From: Paraspadella gotoi
Taxonomy: Eukaryota; Animalia; Chaetognatha
Reading direction: 5' to 3'
Length of the DNA stretch: 64,000 nt
NCBI GenBank assembly: GCA_051294375.1
Contig: CM119264.1
Coordinates: 11,841,100 to 11,905,099, forward strand
Below the pieces are notes generated by a model. The model did no database searches. It was given only the letters and a program-made list of their open reading frames with translations, and was not told the origin of the DNA. Of this stretch, positions 11,475 through 24,759 are shown in pieces; positions within the stretch are counted from its first letter, which is position 1, and the number at the start of each line of letters is the position of its first letter. The translations under genes were made by a program, and so were the position numbers.

Positions 11475-14400
11475 ACCTCTCTCTCTCTCTCTCTCTTCTC
11501 TCCCCTCTGCCTCTCTCTTTGGTCGGGTATAGTTCGTTCTGGCTCGATAGCGAGGCCCTGTGATATTTTTCCGTCCATCCACCTACTAAGCTCATATTAG
11601 AATGGGGTAGGGATTTACATAGTTACCTTAGGGCGTCATAATGGTGACTCGAACGATCCATTTGTTTTTATCCCACGAGATTGTCGCTTCGTGGAGATGG
11701 CGCGAAAAAAGGCATCCTGTTTATCATTTGTCACGTCTCGAATAATGACTGCCGAAAGGCGAGCGGAGGCGCCTTGTTTTTTAGTGGTCGAGTGGTTTGG
11801 GGGCCAAATAAAAAACGCTTTTTTTTTGGTTGTGTAATGAAATTCTAGATACAAAGAATGCTCATTGTCCATTGGAATTGGAGCCGTAAAATTTGTTAGT
11901 TTTTTTTACGCTTGAATTTGATAGTTTTCTGTGACCGGAAGTTAAAAGTAGTTTCTTGTGACAGTTCAACAATAATAGTTAGTTTATTTCATATCAAGAA
12001 TTTGATACAGTGACTAACATCAACACAATTAATTAACAATTTCAATGAACCATTTGATGTCTAAACATAGCAAGTTTCAAATTGTCAAAATCGATCTCTT
12101 CTACCCCAACAAAAATTTATTCAATATATATCCGAATTTTTGTTTCTCTAAATGTATTTTGAATTTCGTTCACAATGGAGAGCCATCACAAGAGTCAAAA
12201 TCAATTATTAGTTGGCGGAGGGTGCTTTCCATCTCCCCAATATGACATGATAGACCTCTTCCTCAGATTCTCTATAATTTCAAAACTATTAGACTTAAGA
12301 CATTTTTTTCAAACGGAATTTAATATCTTTAGCGATCCCTTCTCTCTCTCTCTCCCTCTTCCAGGGTTGGACTCCGTCTCCATTGCCGCCGGGGCTGCTG
12401 AGTCTCGGTGAGCAGCAGCGCGGGTCTTCCCCCAACGAGCCTTTACACCGGATGCTCTCAACTCTGGCACTTCTCTTAGTCAAATTCGCCCATTTCGATG
12501 GACGGCCATCTACGCCATGGTAGATTCAGAATTTACGAATATTACAACAGTTGTTTTTTTTGTTTAATTTAAATCTCGCCGCCATTATTCTGCATGATTG
12601 TGCAATGTGCTATGAATATAGTGCAATGTGCAATACGATTGAGCACGTCACTAAAAATCGATGACTTTTTCCATCTTCGTTTTATGTTATAAGACAGTTA
12701 GAATAATCAATTTAACCTTTTTTAGTAAGTGAAATGTGTGCCTCATAAATAGAAAATTTCTTAGTTCAGAAACAAACAAGATTCAACTGGGCGTTGATGC
12801 TCGTGTTTAAAAAAAAGGGAAAACCACAAAAGGTTGCCTTTATTCCCTAAGATCCTTTTGGACCTTCCTGTTTTCATTGGAAAACAATCAATGAAAAACG
12901 TTTAGGAGGAGGAGGTGGAGTCGGAGTGTGGAGTTTCTGGATTTGACCATATTTATCTGTCTCGAGGCCTTTCTTTATCGTGCTGACCATTTAGTTTGAT
13001 TTAAGGCGAAAAACACTCTTTGGTTATCTTTGCGTCTTTCAATAATGTAAAACCTATTAGGAGACAGCGAAGGACGCCCCTAATGGCTATTGATAAAACT
13101 AAATATGATCGAGAAACGGATTACTTTTGGTTCCGCTTTTTTTTTCGCCATATTCTGAAAAAATATTCAAGTTTTTGGATCAACTTTGTTCTCTTTCAGA
13201 GGATATATAACATTTAAACAACACTCCTAAAATACGTAACATAACAAAAGTGTCTTAAATAACAATCAATGTCATTTTAAAGTGATTCATTTTATACATA
13301 GTTAACCTTGCCTCACATATTTGTCGCCGAGATTTTTTTCTTAGGTTAAAGCCAGACTTTTCATGGATTCGACTGGTTAACGCGCTTTTAAAGTGTTCAA
13401 AGGGAAATTTATTATTCTCTGTCAACGCTCGTCGTTCAAACGCTTTGTGTCACACGTCTTTCAGTTTTCGTTTCTCTAGTTAGCGCGTTTTCACCCCATA
13501 ACACCCCTCCGGCGATTCTGTCGGGTTTTCCGACAATATCACGATTTGCGGAAGACAGGATTTACAAATCCCTTAAGTACCTCTCTCATAGCTACAACGT
13601 TCAATTTTTCTTTTTTAGAACAGCAAGTTCGTAGATTTAAAATTTCTACACTATTCCTCACAGTTTACACTTATTTAATTTCAGAACATTTTATTTGTAA
13701 CCTATTGTTACCTTCACATCCGGGACTAAGCGTCACATACTTCCGTCTCCGATTTTTGTTTAACTTCACGCGCGCAATCTCGTCTTCCCCCCGGGAGTTG
13801 CTCTTTTGTTCAAAGTTCCGGGTTTTTCGGAGATTGTTGACGGATTCTCGCGCCGTTGATCCCAAAAACGATCAGCGAATTAGCAGTTCTTATGGACGTG
13901 TTTCCGGTGTTATGGGAGCGATACATCTCTTCTCCCGGAAAATCTTTGAGATGTGGACTGCGGATTAAAAAACTAAAACAATCCTTCTCCTCCCCTCCTC
14001 CTTTCTCTCTCATCTCGTCTCTCTCTCTCTCTCCTCTCTCTTCTCTTCTCTCTCATCTCTTCTCCTCTCTCTCTCTTCCGGAGTCCGTAATCTTTGGAGA
14101 ATCCGAGAGTTGGAGGAGAGAGTGGGCCGAGCGTGGCGAACTTCGTAAGGGCCGATCAAGGCCAGTCGTGTTCGATTATGCACCTCCGAAAGCATTTATA
14201 AATAGTTCATTGTACGAATCCTTCTTGGCACTTTTTCCTCCCTTTGAGTCGCCGTTCTTAACCTTTAAACTCTCGAACCCGAAATCTATTTCAATCCGAT
14301 TCCTCCTTCCTTAATTTTTCCATTCTCTTCCCTTCGCCTTTACTTCGGAGTTTGGTTTCCGACTGCTCCGTTCTATTTAGTACTACCGTTGGGCGGGGGC

Positions 14401-14690
14401 CGCTGGGGCACTGGCGGAGTCGGCCGGTCTGGCGGCGGCGTTGGGCCGGTGGCGCAGCTGGGCGGGTCGGCCGATGGTAATATTATCGTCCCACGTTTGT
14501 CTTCGGTTTGCGCCCCTCGAAAAACATCTCTGACTTCAGTATCACGCCTACGTTTACCCACACATTTCGAATCGTAGCCACTAATTGATTTTTTAATCCC
14601 GAAAAAAAGCTATCTCTCTCTGTCTCTCTCTCTCTCTTTTTCTCTTCTCTTTCTCTCTCTCTTCCCTTCTCTCTCTCCTCTCTCTCCTCT

Positions 14691-14726
<36 letters not shown>

Positions 14727-14996
14727 TTTTTAACCGATATAAATTCTTTATAATATTTAATCTTATAATATAAAATACAAAACCTGAAAGATAAAAAAGA
14801 TACTCCAGCGCCTTTAGATGCATTCATTTCTAGGGAAAGAAAAAAAGAGTGAGATGGAAAAGGTGAAAGATAAAGCAAAGGAGAGCAAGAGAGAGAGAGA
14901 GCAAGATAGAGAGCAAGAGAGAGGCAAGAGAGAGAGAAAGAGAGAGAGCGCGATCGACTCCCGAATAACATAAAGATTGAGACTATACAATACTAC

Positions 14997-17200
14997 GACA
15001 CAATGAAAAATAACGTGGCGTTATTGTTCCGTGCATAAAAAAATCTCACTGTCAAATATTATTATATTTCTTTTATTTTTTGAAACATTATAGTTTCATA
15101 TGTCGATATCCAAAATATCAATGCAAAATCTTTTTTTGTTTTTTAGATATGACAAATATACGGGTAAAAGATGATAAGTTTTTTTAAAAAGTTTACTTAT
15201 CATATTTATTCTAGAATTGTAATAGAAAAAATAAAAAAAAATAATAGGTACCAATAGTTTGTGTTATGTCTCAAATAGATGAAAAAAAAAAACCTCATTT
15301 TAAAATTCGATCGGGAAGTGGGGTAACTAAGGCTTACAATGGCATCCTCCACGCCGATTGTTCTCTCAAATAATTTTTTTATTTAATACATCTTGAAAGG
15401 AAAAAAGAAAATTCAGAATGCAGGTTTGTATAAAGGGTTCAAGATAATCTGGACCTACTGACATGATAACCATGACCTTTTATATCTTGTGAAATGGGAA
15501 GCATAAAGATATCTAAAAATTCCATCATTAAGTCAGTCAATGTACCCTTTCTAATGGGCTATTACGAGAAATATTTGTTTATTAATTAAAATGGATAATA
15601 GAAATAGAAATTAAATCCTTGCTAATTTAAAAGAAAATTATCAATACAATTTAAACACAATGATGTCTTGCTTTGTCAAATATATTGCAGTTATATAATT
15701 TTTTAAACTTTATTATGATAAACAAGCAGTCGTGTCAGCTTTTAGTTTGCAGTAAAGATAATGAAAAATGCTAATTTTTTTTTCACATACAAGAGGTAGA
15801 TGTCCAGACGTTCATTCAAGCTGAAAACATTTTGTATTTATCATTTTTGAATTTAAAAACATTTTATCAGCTACAACCTAAATTTTTGCTTGTTTTTTTA
15901 CTTAACTTAAAAATATAAGCAGTTTTATGGAATAAAGAAAATTAATATAATCAAAATGTAATTCAGTCTTTCCTTTTCAAATTACAAAGAAAATAAAAAA
16001 ATTCATATGCTTCATTAAAATTTTGTAAAGCAAAAAACTGTTATACTTTTAACTCTGATTTAAACAAAGCTGTATAAAATTTATGGATTTAATTAATAAA
16101 CTTTTTTAGAAAGGTGTCCAATGATTAGGGCTTTAATTTGATACCACACCCATCTTGCCTAGCTCTTTTCTTTCAAAAAGTTATTAAAAATAATTTTTTT
16201 TCAAACTACGCAGTACATAATCTTTGTTAAATAAAAATTTTTGGCAAAAGCGGGAGTATCTCACTTATTTCTATGATACAATACTTAAATTTAAAATAAA
16301 ACTTGAAGAAAATTTTTTGTCATTTAGAGACATATCACCTTTCAGATGGTACCCATTGTATAATAATTGATTATTATTTTCTTAAAAAAAAGCCAATAAA
16401 AACGTTGAAAAAAATTTTTTAAAATTGTTGGAAAAAAATTTTTTCAAACCTATGCTCATTGAGAATAATGGTTTTGATAGAAAATCAAAATATCAAAAAA
16501 ATAAAAATAATCAGCCTCTAGAAAAATTGAAAGGCTAGAGGCTGATTTTTTTAGAATTGCAAATTTTTTTCCTAACTCAAAAATCCATTTCTCTCAGTTT
16601 CAAATATTTTGTTTCCAAAATCATTCAATCAATTTTGTTTTTAATAATTTAAAATGTTTTTAATGATTTTTTTTTTTGAAAGAATTGAAAAAAAAGTGAA
16701 AAATATAATAATTATATAAGGTTTTTGAAATACCTCTAAAATATTAGATAATTAGATACAAGGGGAGTAAGCAGAGAAACTTCCCATTCATAAAAAAAAT
16801 GAAAATGAATTGTCATATTTGTATTTAGATTAATTGACTATTACAAACATATGATTCAATAAATTGAGGACTGATGGGTAAAAAAAATATTCATCTTGGT
16901 CTCGGTTAACTATTAAGTTATCGTTAAGTTTTGTTTTAATAATATAAATTTTTTTGCATTTATAAAGCAATTGGTCTAAAATTTTGTAAGCGTTTCGAGC
17001 TATATTGCTTCATATTTTTACTATTTTTGATCCAGTAGCTTCTTTTGTTAATGGTCAAGGGTTATGGTCAGACACAGTAAATGGTCCAGTAGTGTATATC
17101 GCACATATTACCAATAAAGGAATAATCAATTAATTTGGCTCAGAAAAATTTTAAAGGAAAATCAGCACGAGACAGTACGCCACGTTATTTTTCTTGTGTC
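14997..17200. mobile_element. 2.2-kb AT-rich DNA transposon with ~36-38-bp terminal inverted repeats; superfamily unassigned, no intact ORF seen
   Basis: Left end GACACAATGAAAAATAACGTGGCGTTATTGTTCCGTGC; right end reverse complement GACACAAGAAAAATAACGTGGCGTACTGTCTCGTGC. Absent from the mirrored arm, whose empty site is at 4363-4366. TSD ATAC, or TA with a terminal mismatch. Confidence 0.85.
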
Positions 17201-19917
17201 ATACATACTTTATAAAGTTTCTTTTCGTTCTCCAGTCCCGTGTGACAGCAAAACAAACAAACGAAGATACTTTGTCTCTCTTGGACCGTGGTGACGTTCG
17301 AAACAAATCTTCAATGACGTAAGTCAATGTTTCCCCGTTAGGGCTAGCCCAACTTTTCGAGATTCAGGTGTAGAAAATAGTTAAAATAATTAAAATTACC
17401 ATAATCAATATAACATAATCATTATTACTCTGATTCTAATACTTTTACCTTGAATATCAGATACCAAAAACATCTAATGACATTCAGAGCATCCTAACTG
17501 TCTAATCGCAATTTGTGCAGCAGGTGAAAACCAGGTTTCCAGAATATGTCTGTGGCATGAGACTCCCCAATACGTCTTGAACGTCGGTTGTCAGTTGTCT
17601 TCGTCTGCAGGATGTCCGTTGGAGGTTGCAAGTTGTGTGTGTGGGGCTCGAGGATTTTGTGTGAGAAAACTAACAATAGACTTTACGATTAAAGACATTA
17701 AAAAAATTAGTGTTTTAAATAAAGTAATATAATAAAGTATACAAATTAGCAAGAACAAAGACAAAGATACAGGATAATTTGCTTAAATCAGAGAAAGAGA
17801 ATTCAAATTTCAACTGAGATCTATTCTTCCGATCTCTTTTGTTTCGCTAAAAGTAATCAGAAGAACCGAAGATGCCGAAGTTTAGGATTAAAAATATCCA
17901 TTTTATTTTTAGCCAAAATGTCGACGGAAATCTCCCCTGACAACCGGTACTTTAGGGTACATCGTAAATATGGTTGTTCATCTTGTCGAAGTTTACAAAA
18001 AAAAAAAAAAAAACCTTTCTGAGCGCTATCAACAAACCAACGCTCTACCCTTGAATAGAGCGCACCAGGATTGGCTAATTTTTCTGTGTAACCCACCGCA
18101 TTGGCTACATTTTTTTTGTGGGGACGACGTGCTAACTTTTTTTCAATATCCTTGGCTCTTTCTCCTCAATGCTCCGTCCGCTAGCGGAATGCTGTGGCTA
18201 TGCACTCAGTCATTGAAATCCGGAAAAGTTCGATGAAATTCACAAACAAACCTGCCTGACTATCTGTGAGACGCAGTTTTCCCATCTGTGTATTGTCAAT
18301 TAAGCCGTTGAGTCAAAACGCCGAGAGCCAACCGCGCCCAAACCCTCCTGCGAGCCTTACCTAACCTATCCGCGCTTATTAACGATATTTTCACTTCCCC
18401 CCTGACAAGGGGTCAATCGATTTGGGATTGTTTTTTAAAAAACGAACTCGAATCTAAACCGATTTTAAGCTTAAAAAATATATATAGTATTTTTCGTTTT
18501 TCCTCGCCGCTGGCAAGATCCCTCGCGCTCGCTGAATTTCAATTTCCGCGCCTTACCCTCCTGGCGCTCCCTTCTTTCGCTTCACCGAGGCCGGTCCCCA
18601 CCTTTCCCGCGGTTCCACCAAGCGTCGGCCACGTCTTTTCGCGCGCGATTTGAAAGTCGCAATGACGTCGCGTTTTACTTATCGATCAGCCGGTAATCAC
18701 CCGCGAAGAGAAAGAATAATAAATGGCCTTCTCGTTTCGCGATAAAGATTGCCATCGAGCGCGTGTAACAAACATGTTTTTTGTTACTTGGGTTGTTTAT
18801 TTTTGTTTTGTGATTTCGGTTCGTGGTTATCCTCTATCATCCGCACGTTAAGTCTAAAGAATATCGACGAGAATTGACAAGAGCAAATTTTGAACAATTT
18901 CGTCCGATTTTTTTATTTTTACTTACATTTGTGCCAGATCTTCTCTTTTCGCACGTTTGTTGCTTCCTCTATTTGTATCCAATGAAAGACCTGAGGGCCC
19001 TTCTTTGCACTCAATCAAACTGTTTAATTTTAGTGTGTTTTTTTTGAGAAAGATAGCCTAAAAATTATTNNNNNNNNNNNNNNNNNNNNNNNNNCCCGCC
19101 ATCCCGAAGACTTACGTGAAGCTGCGAGGCCGAGGTCCAATCACTGGCCACCGTTGCGTGTTCGTACGCGTGAGTGGGTCTGAAAAGGGCGGGAAAAGAT
19201 GTGAAAGATGTGAAACAAGCGAAGGTAAAAAAAAAGTGAAAAGGAAAACCTTCACTTCTCCTTCAGTCTCGACGGAGTTTTCAGTGGAGCCGTATATCAT
19301 GGTGAAGTTTTCAACGAAAAAACACGACAAAATATGAGGACCTAAAGTAGCTGACCCTATTATCTTAAAAAAGGATAAGACTGACCTGGAACCAAACTTG
19401 GTGTTAAAAGGTTTCACCACCCGTCATTCGTCATTATTGGCCAGAAATACGAAATTAAACATATTTTTTTATCTATAGTAGTAACGAATAATAAAGTGAC
19501 ATTTGCATTTTCCCTTTGTAATGGCATAATAAATAAGCTAAATTCTATTTTTAATAAGTCAATTTTTTTTTTATTTAAAAAAACCACGATGACAGTGACA
19601 AGTGACAAAGCAGTCAAACATCTTTGAAATTTTCGTGGCTTAATAAAAATCAGTATTTTTAAACAAAAAATAAAAAGTTTTCCAATTTTTCTGCCTCAAC
19701 AAAGTCACAAATCAAGAAATTATTTTACCAAGACAAAAGTTGGGCCTTTCATTCATTGTCCTTCGTTCAGTGCCCCGTTTAACTAAAAATAATAAAGAGT
19801 ACCTAAAACACCACTAATATAAAATAATAAGTAATACATAGAAACACTACAATATGCAAATGAGATTAAAACAATTCTTAGTGCGAACAATAATTGCGTG
19901 AGAAAGGAGTCTCTCAC

Positions 19918-20059
19918 CTCGTCAATAAGCCCTTCCGGTGGAGGAGGAAGAGGAGGACGAGGAGAAGGACGATGATGACGGAGGAGACGACGATGATGCC
20001 GGAGTAGAGAGGGTAAGCGATGAAGGGCGACAACGTCGTTCCCTTAGGATCACCCAGCA
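19918..20059 (-). CDS. Transmembrane exon of a type I membrane protein
   Basis: LGDPKGTTLSPFIAYPLYSGIIVVSSVIIVLLLVLLFLLHRKGLLT: a ~25-residue hydrophobic run followed by basic HRK; donor |GTGAGA. The frame stays open upstream to ~20103. Confidence 0.8.
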
Positions 20060-20102
20060 CTAAATTCCCCAGCGCGTCGACGTGCGAGGCCCCGTCGAAC
20101 TC

Positions 20103-21361
20103 TCAAAACCCCTCTTTGATTATTTCTAAAAAACTTTTTAGTTTGGAATTTTTTTTGGCGGTTAAAGTAGAATAAATTTTCTTGAACTTATACTTCATGC
20201 CATTTTTTATGGACATAAATTTTTTTAACTATCATAATCTTTCTCTAAAACGAATATTGCTGTCACCCAACCTGCCACGAAAACATGAAAAAAAAGGGGA
20301 AAGTGACTACTTTTAAGATTCAAGGACATTCGTTTCACGTATTTTCACCGAAACAAAATTCCGAATTTAAATGAAGCGCCTCACAGTTTGATGGAAATTT
20401 AAATAATTTTTGAAAATAAAAATTAACTTCCCATATGAGTGTGATCTCTCTCCTCCCTCTCTTCTCTTCCTCTCTCTCTCTCTCTCTTCTCTCCTCTCTC
20501 TCTCCCTCACCGCTTTCACTCCCCCTCTTTGTTTGTGACCTTCCTTTGCTTCTGCTTTGTCACGACACTTCAGGTTCGAAGACTTCACCAATTCGCACTT
20601 CTTCTCCTGCTCAGCCTCCCTTCGTTTCTCGCTCGCTCCTTCTATCTTCCTTTTCCCACCCTCACCCATATCCGACTTTAGCTCTCGACCATGCCTTAAC
20701 GCCCCCTTAACGACTCTCCGACCGTGGCTCAGAGAGAGGCTGACTGTGCGCGATGGGCGGTGATACTTGTTACTCGTTCGGCCTTCGATTCGCTCTCACA
20801 ACTTAGAAACACCCATTTGATTTTGAATCCGGCGCCGATTCGAAGAAGGGGTTTATCTCTTTTATCTCTCCTCCTCTCTCTGCTCTCTCTCTCTCCTCTC
20901 TCTTCTCTTCTCTCTCTCTCTCTCCTCTCTTCTCCTCTCTCTCTCTCTCTCGTTTCCACTTCTTTTCTTTAAACGCCATCGCCCCTCCTCCTCCCCAACC
21001 CAACTTATAACCTCTTCCCATCCCTACCCGCCTTTCCCCCTTCTCCCCCGCCCCTCCCCCGCAGACAACCCGCNNNNNNNNNNNNNNNNNNNNNNNNNGA
21101 ACTCGCCCCGGATTCAAAACATGTCAATTGTGAGAGCGAATCGACGTCACAAAGTAACAAGTATCACGCGCAATCTTCGCGCGCAGCGGCGCTTTGAAGG
21201 CTCACGTCTGGGAGTTTGGGTGAGGTTGGGGAGAAAGGAAGGTGAGGTGAAGGAGAAGAGCGGAGAACGAAGGGAGGCAGCGAGAAGAATTGCGAATTGT
21301 GAAGCTCGACTTTCGTACAAAGAACGAGGTCACAAACAAAGAGAGGGGAGTGAAAGCGTGA

Positions 21362-21420
<59 letters not shown>

Positions 21421-21738
21421 GTCATGGGGAATTAAATTTTTATTTTTCAAATTATTTAAATTTCCATTCCACACTCGTGAGGCGCTTCATTTAAATTCGG
21501 AAATTTTTGTTCGGTGAAAATCCGTGAAACGAATGTCTTGAATCTTAAAGTAGTCACTTTCCATTTTTTTATGTTTTCGGTGGCAGGTTGGGTGACAGCA
21601 ATATTCGGTTTTTAGAGAAAGTTATGATAGTAAAAAAATTTATGTCATAAAAAAATGCATGAAGTATAAGTTTCAAGAAAATTTATTCTACTAACCAAAA
21701 TCAAACTAAGTTTTTAGAATAATCAAAGAGGGTTTTTG
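20103..21738. repeat. Inverted duplication (~20103-20842 vs 21099-21738) across a 25-N gap; likely artefact
   Basis: Reverse-complement identity with many indels, e.g. TCAAAACCCCTCTTTGATT vs AATCAAAGAGGGTTTTTG. Confidence 0.85.
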
Positions 21739-24292
21739 CCCTGATTGCAATTTCGCCGTTGGTAATTAAATGAAAAAAAGACACATTTCAATGATTGACT
21801 TGTGAAATCGTTTTAATTCTTCATGATTATTTTTCGAAGCGAATAAACTGGGAGAAAAACAATTAATGTCAATACTAGTATTGAATCTGTATTTGTTTAT
21901 TTAATTAAAAAAAGTTATCATTTGCGATTGCTCCTTTTTCACCATGAACAGAAAAGGAGAGAGAGTCATAAATAACTTTCTTTCGTTTTCCCATTAAAAA
22001 TGAAAAGGAAAAAAAAAAGCGCCAGGGAAAAATTCGCATGGGCATATATCCTTCTATGAAGCTGGAGCGAGTTGACCCCTGCTCATGACCTTTAGGTTGG
22101 GTTCGCTTAATCTAGAATTATTCTGGCCCCAATAGGGATCTGGAAGAGGGGGGTGCTTACTTGATAATTATGTAGTTTTTTTTTCTTCTCTCTCTTCCTC
22201 CTTTTTTTTTCCTTACCATCGAACCAACTTTTTTTCGGGACGACACGGACTCACTCTGTCCCTTTAACATTCTTTCCTTCCTTTCCTTCTTCCTTACTTT
22301 CCTTACTTTCCGATTTTTTGGACTTTCTTTATTTTTATCCTTAATGTTTGGAATCCTCGAAAGTTTACGTACAGCGAAATTGTACATACATGGGTTGTAC
22401 CTTTTTCCTCTTTTGACTCTTGAGAACACCCTCTGAAAACTAAAATTTTTTTTTCTTTTTGCCGAAAACCAATTTCGTTTTTCCAGTTTTTCATCTTCTG
22501 CAACCAAATTACTGAAAAAAGAAATTCGATTTAATTTGTCGCGAGCGAATCGAGTCTCTTTGGTCTCGACGCTCGGGTCCCGACTCTCTCTCTCTNNNNN
22601 NNNNNNNNNNNNNNNNNNNNNNNNNNNNNNNNNNNNNNNNNNNNNNNNNNNNNNNNNNNNNNNNNNNNNNNNNNNNNNNNNNNNNNNNNNNNNNNNNNNN
22701 NNNNNNNNNNNNNNNNNNNNNNNNNNNNNNNNNNNNNNNNNNNNNNNNNNNNNNNNNNNNNNNNNNNNNNNNNNNNNNNNNNNNNNNNNNNNNNNNNNNN
22801 NNNNNNNNNNNNNNNNNNNNNNNNNNNNNNNNNNNNNNNNNNNNNNNNNNNNNNNNNNNNNNNNNNNNNNNNNNNNNNNNNNNNNNNNNNNNNNNNNNNN
22901 NNNNNNNNNNNNNNNNNNNNNNNNNNNNNNNNNNNNNNNNNNNNNNNNNNNNNNNNNNNNNNNNNNNNNNNNNNNNNNNNNNNNNNNNNNNNNNNNNNNN
23001 NNNNNNNNNNNNNNNNNNNNNNNNNNNNNNNNNNNNNNNNNNNNNNNNNNNNNNNNNNNNNNNNNNNNNNNNNNNNNNNNNNNNNNNNNNNNNNNNNNNN
23101 NNNNNNNNNNNNNNNNNNNNNNNNNNNNNNNNNNNNNNNNNNNNNNNNNNNNNNNNNNNNNNNNNNNNNNNNNNNNNNNNNNNNNNNNNNNNNNNNNNNN
23201 NNNNNNNNNNNNNNNNNNNNNNNNNNNNNNNNNNNNNNNNNNNNNNNNNNNNNNNNNNNNNNNNNNNNNNNNNNNNNNNNNNNNNNNNNNNNNAGACAGA
23301 ATTAAAAATAAAAAAAATGCGTTTAACAAAAAAGTGGAGACTGGGGACTGGGAAGAGATCAGGGTCATGTATTCAGGACTTGGCTTGGTTACTGTAGTCC
23401 TACTAAGACAAGGTAGGACCTTAGGTAGGTAGATGGAAAAAAACGGAGGCTGTTTTTTTTTTTTTCGCTCCGTCGCTGAAAATTCAATTTCTCTTCTCAA
23501 CGACCGAAGACGAAAAGTTTTTCAACCAAACGCAAAAAGCTTTTTTCTTTTAGGGGGAGAGAAAGCACGGTTTATCTCCGTATCTTTGTAGCCGATTGGG
23601 AAAAAAAAACAGTGTTTGCGTCGTCGTAAGTGGCTTTTTTTTTTTTTTAAAAAGGAGAGAGGGGAAGAAAGAGAGACAGGGGGGCGAAAAAAAACCGGCG
23701 AATAAAAAAAATGATTAAATGGAAAAAGTAAACAAACTAGGATGGAGGCACAAACGCTCACTCGTCGCTGTTGGCCTCACGTGGCGCGAATAAAAACGTT
23801 TTTGTAAAGACGATTTGGGGAAGGAAAAAAATGAAACACAATTTTAACTCAATTTTAATTTAAAGTGGAATAAACAAAGGCTCAATCATTATTTGGAATG
23901 GTAGTATAATTGTTAAGTTAATTTAACTTGGTAAACAATTTAACCGAGATTTCATTTTTGGATTTCTGTCAGGAATTCGTCTTCAACTACATATGTTAAG
24001 ATTTTTAAACTAATATTTATGAACATTTGAACGCGAGGCGGAACCAAAAATCCTTAAATATTTTTTTCTGAGAGACATTGAATACCAATATATCAAATAG
24101 ACGAGCCTTTTTTTGAATAGAGTTTCGAAAAAAGTCAAACATGATAAGAAAAATAAAGAAAAGCTAAGAAAAAAAAGAAAGAAAAAAAAAAGAAAAAAAA
24201 AAGGAAACGAGAATAAAATGATGACGGGTTTTCCCTCTTCACCTTTTTTTCGTTTCACCCCCCCTTCCCTCCCCCCCTCTCCCTTTCCTCAC

Positions 24293-24759
24293 ATTTCAAT
24301 CTGCTGAGATCTGAGCAGCTCGTCGGTCGAGGTGGTCAGTCGGATGAAGGCACGCGACAACACGAGACCAAAGTGATTGAATCTCACTTCCACCGTGAAG
24401 GCCGGCGATTGCCCGCCCCCGCGCCCGCCCCCTAGGACGTCCATCGGCCCGAAGGGGTTCGAAGAGGAGGAGGAGGAAGGGCCGGGCAGGCGTGGCGGGC
24501 GGGAAGGGACCGAGGGGGTCGGCGATCCTCGCGGGGTGCCGAGGACCCGGGCGGGTGCCTGAGTGGCGCTCGACGAGGAGGCAGAGGAGGCACGTTGGAT
24601 GGGATGGAATAGGGGGAGGAGGCGAGGAGGAGGAGGAGAAGAGGAGAAGGAGGAGGCGAGGTGGTGAACGGTGTGGACGGATCGCTGGAAATCGAGGAGG
24701 AAATAAGGAAAGTTACTGTCGTGGCGAAGGGACGTGGTCACTTGTAGAAATTGATTGCC
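24293..24759 (-). CDS. Ectodomain exon (beta-rich ends with a Ser/Pro/Gly insert)
   Basis: cagtcag| ... |GTGAGG; 467-nt open GC-rich frame GNQFLQVTTSLRHDS...PAFTVEVRFNHFGLVLSRAFIRLTTSTDELLRSQQIE. Confidence 0.6.

Larger units (their letters stand above)
2540..19069. repeat. Large inverted duplication (arms ~2540-9489 and ~9713-19069), probably a long-read fold-back artefact
   Basis: The right arm is the reverse complement of the left throughout (e.g. 6641-6800 vs ~12360-12520; 4861-4950 vs ~14375-14477), with dense 1-nt indels. It ends at a 25-N gap. Confidence 0.95.

Noticed and set aside
15482-15510. YLVKWE chromodomain-like hexapeptide in the TIR element
   Set aside because: It is immediately followed by a stop and lacks the downstream TWEP motif; probably chance.
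9713-19069. Apparent + strand paralog or pseudogene of the kinase region
   Set aside because: Differences are random 1-nt indels spread over exons and introns alike, as expected from raw long-read error in a fold-back.
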